In this document: positions 61,148-64,000 of the stretch, piece by piece
Layout: every line of letters starts with the position of its first letter
Numbering within the stretch: position 1 is the first letter of the stretch
Assembly: GCA_965214705.1 (NCBI GenBank)
Contig: OZ243972.1
Location: 2,848,001 to 2,912,000 of the forward strand
DNA length: 64,000 nt
Origin: Alphaproteobacteria bacterium
Lineage (GTDB): Bacteria > Pseudomonadota > Alphaproteobacteria > UBA828
Reading direction: 5' to 3'
The notes under the pieces: model-generated
What the model was told of the DNA's origin: nothing
What the model saw: the letters and a program-made list of their open reading frames with translations, nothing else
The model's database searches: none
Translations under genes and position numbers: made by a program

Positions 61148-62950
61148 CTATGACTCGCCCATCTTGAGCGCGGCGAGAAAGGCTTCCTGAGGGATCTCGA
61201 CGTTGCCGATCTGGCGCATGCGTCTCTTGCCCTTTTTCTGCTTCTCCAGAAGCTTGCGCTTGCGCGTCACATCGCCGCCGTAGCACTTCGCCAGTACGTC
61301 CTTGCGCAAGGGGCTCACGGTCTCGCGCGCGATGATCTTGCCGCCGATGGCGGCCTGGATCGCGATCTTGAAGAGCTGGCGCGGAATCAGCTCCTTGAGG
61401 CGGACGCAGAGCGCCCGGCCGCGCCGCTCGGCCTGGCTCCGGTGGGCGATGAGCGCGAGCGCGTCCACGGGCTCGCCATTGATCATGATGGCGAGCTTGA
61501 CCAGGTCGCTCTCCAGGTAGTCCTCGAGCCGGTAGTCGAAGCTCGCATAGCCGCGCGAGACCGACTTGAGACGGTCGTAGAAATCGAAGACGACCTCGTT
61601 GAGCGGTAGCCGGTAGATCACCATCGCCCGGTTGCCCGCGTAGGTGAGGTCGAGCTGCTCGCCGCGCTTCTCCTCGCAGAGCGCGAGCACGCCGCCGAGA
61701 TGCTCGTCGGGCACCAGGATCGTGGCGTGAATCCAGGGCTCGTCGATCCGCCTGATCCGCGTGGGGTCGGGCATGTCCGCCGGGTTGTGGAGCGAAAGTT
61801 CCTGCCCGTCGGTGAGCGTCACGTGGTAGACCACGCTTGGCGCCGTCGCCACGAGGTCGAGGCCGAACTCGCGCTCCAGCCGCTCCTGCACGATCTCCAG
61901 GTGGAGGAGGCCGAGAAAGCCGCAGCGAAAGCCGAAACCCAGAGCCGGCGAGCTCTCGGCGTCGTAATGAAAACTCGAATCGTTGAGGCGGAGCTTGGCG
62001 AGGCTCTCGCGCAGCCGCTCGTAGTCGTTCGAGTCGACCGGGAAGAGTCCGCAGAAGACTACGGGCACGCTGGGGCGAAAGCCCGGCAGCGCGTCCGCCG
62101 CAGGCCGTCTCACCGCCGTGATCGTGTCGCCTACCTCGCAGTCGGCCACGTCCTTGATGGCGGCTGTGATGAAGCCGATCTCGCCGGGCCCGAGGCTGTC
62201 CACCAGCGTCTTCTTCGGCGTGAAGACGCCGACCCGCTCTACCTCGTGCTCGGCGCCCGAGGCCATCATCCTGATCTTCGTGCGCGGCGTGAGGCGGCCG
62301 TGCACCACGCGCACGAGGATCACCACGCCGAGATAGGGGTCGTACCAGCTATCGACAAGCAGGGCCGTGAGCGGCGCGTCGCCGTCGCCTGCGGGCGGTG
62401 GCAGGCGGGCGATAAGCGCGTCGAGCACGGTCTCGATGCCCTGGCCGGTCTTGGCCGAGACCTCCAGCGCGCCCGACGCGTCGATGCCGATGACATCCTC
62501 GATCTGCTGCTTCACGCGTTCCGATTCGGCCGAGGCGAGATCCATTTTGTTGAGCACGGGAACGATTTCGTGGTCGTGGTCCACCGCCTGGTAGGCGTTG
62601 GCGAGAGTTTGCGCCTCCACGCCCTGGGTGGCGTCGACCACCAGCAGCGAGCCTTCGCAAGCCGCGAGCGAGCGGCTCACCTCGTAGGAGAAATCCACGT
62701 GGCCGGGGGTGTCCACGAGATTGACCATATGCTCGGCGCCGTCGGCGCTGCGATAGGCGAGGCGCACGGTCTGCGCCTTGATCGTGATGCCGCGCTCGCG
62801 CTCAAGCTCCATCGAGTCGAGCACCTGGCTGGTCATCTCGCGCTTCTGCAGGCCGCCGCAGCGCTCGATGAGCCGGTCGGCAAGGGTCGACTTGCCGTGG
62901 TCGATATGGGCGATGATCGCGACGTTGCGGATGCGCGCGAGATCGGTCAT
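61148..62950 (-). CDS. lepA: Elongation factor 4
   Basis: '[14 protein letters not shown]', 'ERERGITIK', '[11 protein letters not shown]', 'KCYGGD.TRK.KLL'. Confidence 0.98.
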   Translation of the reverse strand: MTDLARIRNVAIIAHIDHGKSTLADRLIERCGGLQKREMTSQVLDSMELERERGITIKAQTVRLAYRSADGAEHMVNLVDTPGHVDFSYEVSRSLAACEGSLLVVDATQGVEAQTLANAYQAVDHDHEIVPVLNKMDLASAESERVKQQIEDVIGIDASGALEVSAKTGQGIETVLDALIARLPPPAGDGDAPLTALLVDSWYDPYLGVVILVRVVHGRLTPRTKIRMMASGAEHEVERVGVFTPKKTLVDSLGPGEIGFITAAIKDVADCEVGDTITAVRRPAADALPGFRPSVPVVFCGLFPVDSNDYERLRESLAKLRLNDSSFHYDAESSPALGFGFRCGFLGLLHLEIVQERLEREFGLDLVATAPSVVYHVTLTDGQELSLHNPADMPDPTRIRRIDEPWIHATILVPDEHLGGVLALCEEKRGEQLDLTYAGNRAMVIYRLPLNEVVFDFYDRLKSVSRGYASFDYRLEDYLESDLVKLAIMINGEPVDALALIAHRSQAERRGRALCVRLKELIPRQLFKIAIQAAIGGKIIARETVSPLRKDVLAKCYGGDVTRKRKLLEKQKKGKRRMRQIGNVEIPQEAFLAALKMGES

Positions 62951-62987
62951 GGCCGCGTCTCCACGCGTCGGCCGGCGCTCGGGCGGG

Positions 62988-64000
62988 TCAGCCGCGCAGC
63001 ACGCCGCCGGTCATCTTCGCCACGTTGGCGACGATCTTCGCGGCCGCCGCGTCGATTTCCGGGTCAGTCAACGTGCGGTCCTGCGCCTCGAGACGAACGG
63101 TGATCGCGAGGGATTTCTTGTCCGCCTCGATACCGGGGCCGGCGTAAACGTCGAACACCGTGACCGCCTTGATCAGCGCCTTCTCGGCATTGCGGGCCGC
63201 GCGCTCGACCTCAGATGCGGGCACACCGCCGTCGAGGATGAACGCGAAGTCGCGCTCGGCCGCCGGATAGTCGGAGGCCGCGAGCGGCGGCTTGGCGCGC
63301 GTCGCCTTGGCCTTGGGCCGGGGCAGGGCGTCGATCATCACCTCGAAGCCCACCATCGGCCCTTCAGCCGCAAGCTCCGCAAGGACGCCGGGATGCAACT
63401 CGCCGAAGGTGCCCAATACGTTGCGGCCGAGCCCGAGCGTGCCGACCCGGCCGGGGTGGTACCACGCCGGGCCTTCCGTCCTGGTCTGGAGGCCGCCGAG
63501 TGAGACGCCGGCCGCACTGAGCGCGGCGAGCGCGTCGGCCTTGGCGTCGAAGGGGTCAACCGGCCGCTCCGGCGCGTGCCAGTTGCGCGGCACCGCCGCT
63601 GCGGCCCGTACACCGGCGACCGCCGTCCGCTGCTCGTCCGGTGCCGTGCCGGCGTAGACCGGCCCGGCCTCGAACAGCGCCGCGTCTGCGAGACCGCGGT
63701 CGGCGTTGCGCCGGCAGGCCTCGATCAGATTGGGCAGGATCGAAGGGCGCATGGCATCGAGTTCGGCGTTGATCGGGTTCGCCAGCACCAGCGCGTCGGG
63801 CGCATCGCCGAAAAGCGCGGCGTGCTGCCGTGGCATGAACGACCAGGTCACCGCCTCGAACATGCCGCGCGCCGTGAGCGAGCGGCGCACGGCACCGAGC
63901 CGGCGGCGCGTGGGCGAGAGCGCCGGACGCGCCCGCTCAACTGCCGTCGGGCTGAGGGAGACCGCGGGGATCTGGTCGAAGCCCGCGATCCGCAGCACTT
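62988..64000 (-). CDS. pheT: Phenylalanyl-tRNA synthetase beta subunit (5' part outside the window)
   Basis: 'E.VTWSF', 'LANPI...MRPS', 'HPGR', 'GELHP', 'RDFAF', 'FDVY.G', 'RTLTD'. Confidence 0.96.
   Translation of the reverse strand, partial: VLRIAGFDQIPAVSLSPTAVERARPALSPTRRRLGAVRRSLTARGMFEAVTWSFMPRQHAALFGDAPDALVLANPINAELDAMRPSILPNLIEACRRNADRGLADAALFEAGPVYAGTAPDEQRTAVAGVRAAAAVPRNWHAPERPVDPFDAKADALAALSAAGVSLGGLQTRTEGPAWYHPGRVGTLGLGRNVLGTFGELHPGVLAELAAEGPMVGFEVMIDALPRPKAKATRAKPPLAASDYPAAERDFAFILDGGVPASEVERAARNAEKALIKAVTVFDVYAGPGIEADKKSLAITVRLEAQDRTLTDPEIDAAAAKIVANVAKMTGGVLRG

Overview
High-GC alphaproteobacterial (Rhodospirillales-like) chromosome segment. The left ~42 kb is a run of amide/amine catabolism genes and transporters: three amidase-signature enzymes, a tandem-domain EctC-like cupin, a split cucumopine-synthase/McbB-like pair in front of a glxBCD/mgsABC-like operon, a frameshifted asparaginase, amidohydrolases, a nitrilase, a deacetylase, and Liv- and Dpp-type ABC systems. 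It also holds two IS1380 elements and REP-like palindromes. The right ~20 kb is a decaying island at tRNA-Ser(GGA), next to lepA and pheT. It has a dead P4-like integrase, AlpA, a primase, a methyltransferase pseudogene fused to an IS3 end, and a cysG-DUF2849-cysI-DUF934 operon. That operon is cut off from its Lrp regulator by a tyrosine-recombinase + IS91(Y2) transposase element, which is itself interrupted by an IS1111-type IS110 element. The main finding is that both IS110-family elements have non-coding regions with readable bridge-RNA-like guides that match their own targets and circle junctions. The IS1111 guide spells the conserved 'YNSC' codons of IS91 transposases, which suggests an RNA-guided IS that parasitises another mobile element. 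All calls come from reading the sequence and recalled family motifs; no database searches were run.
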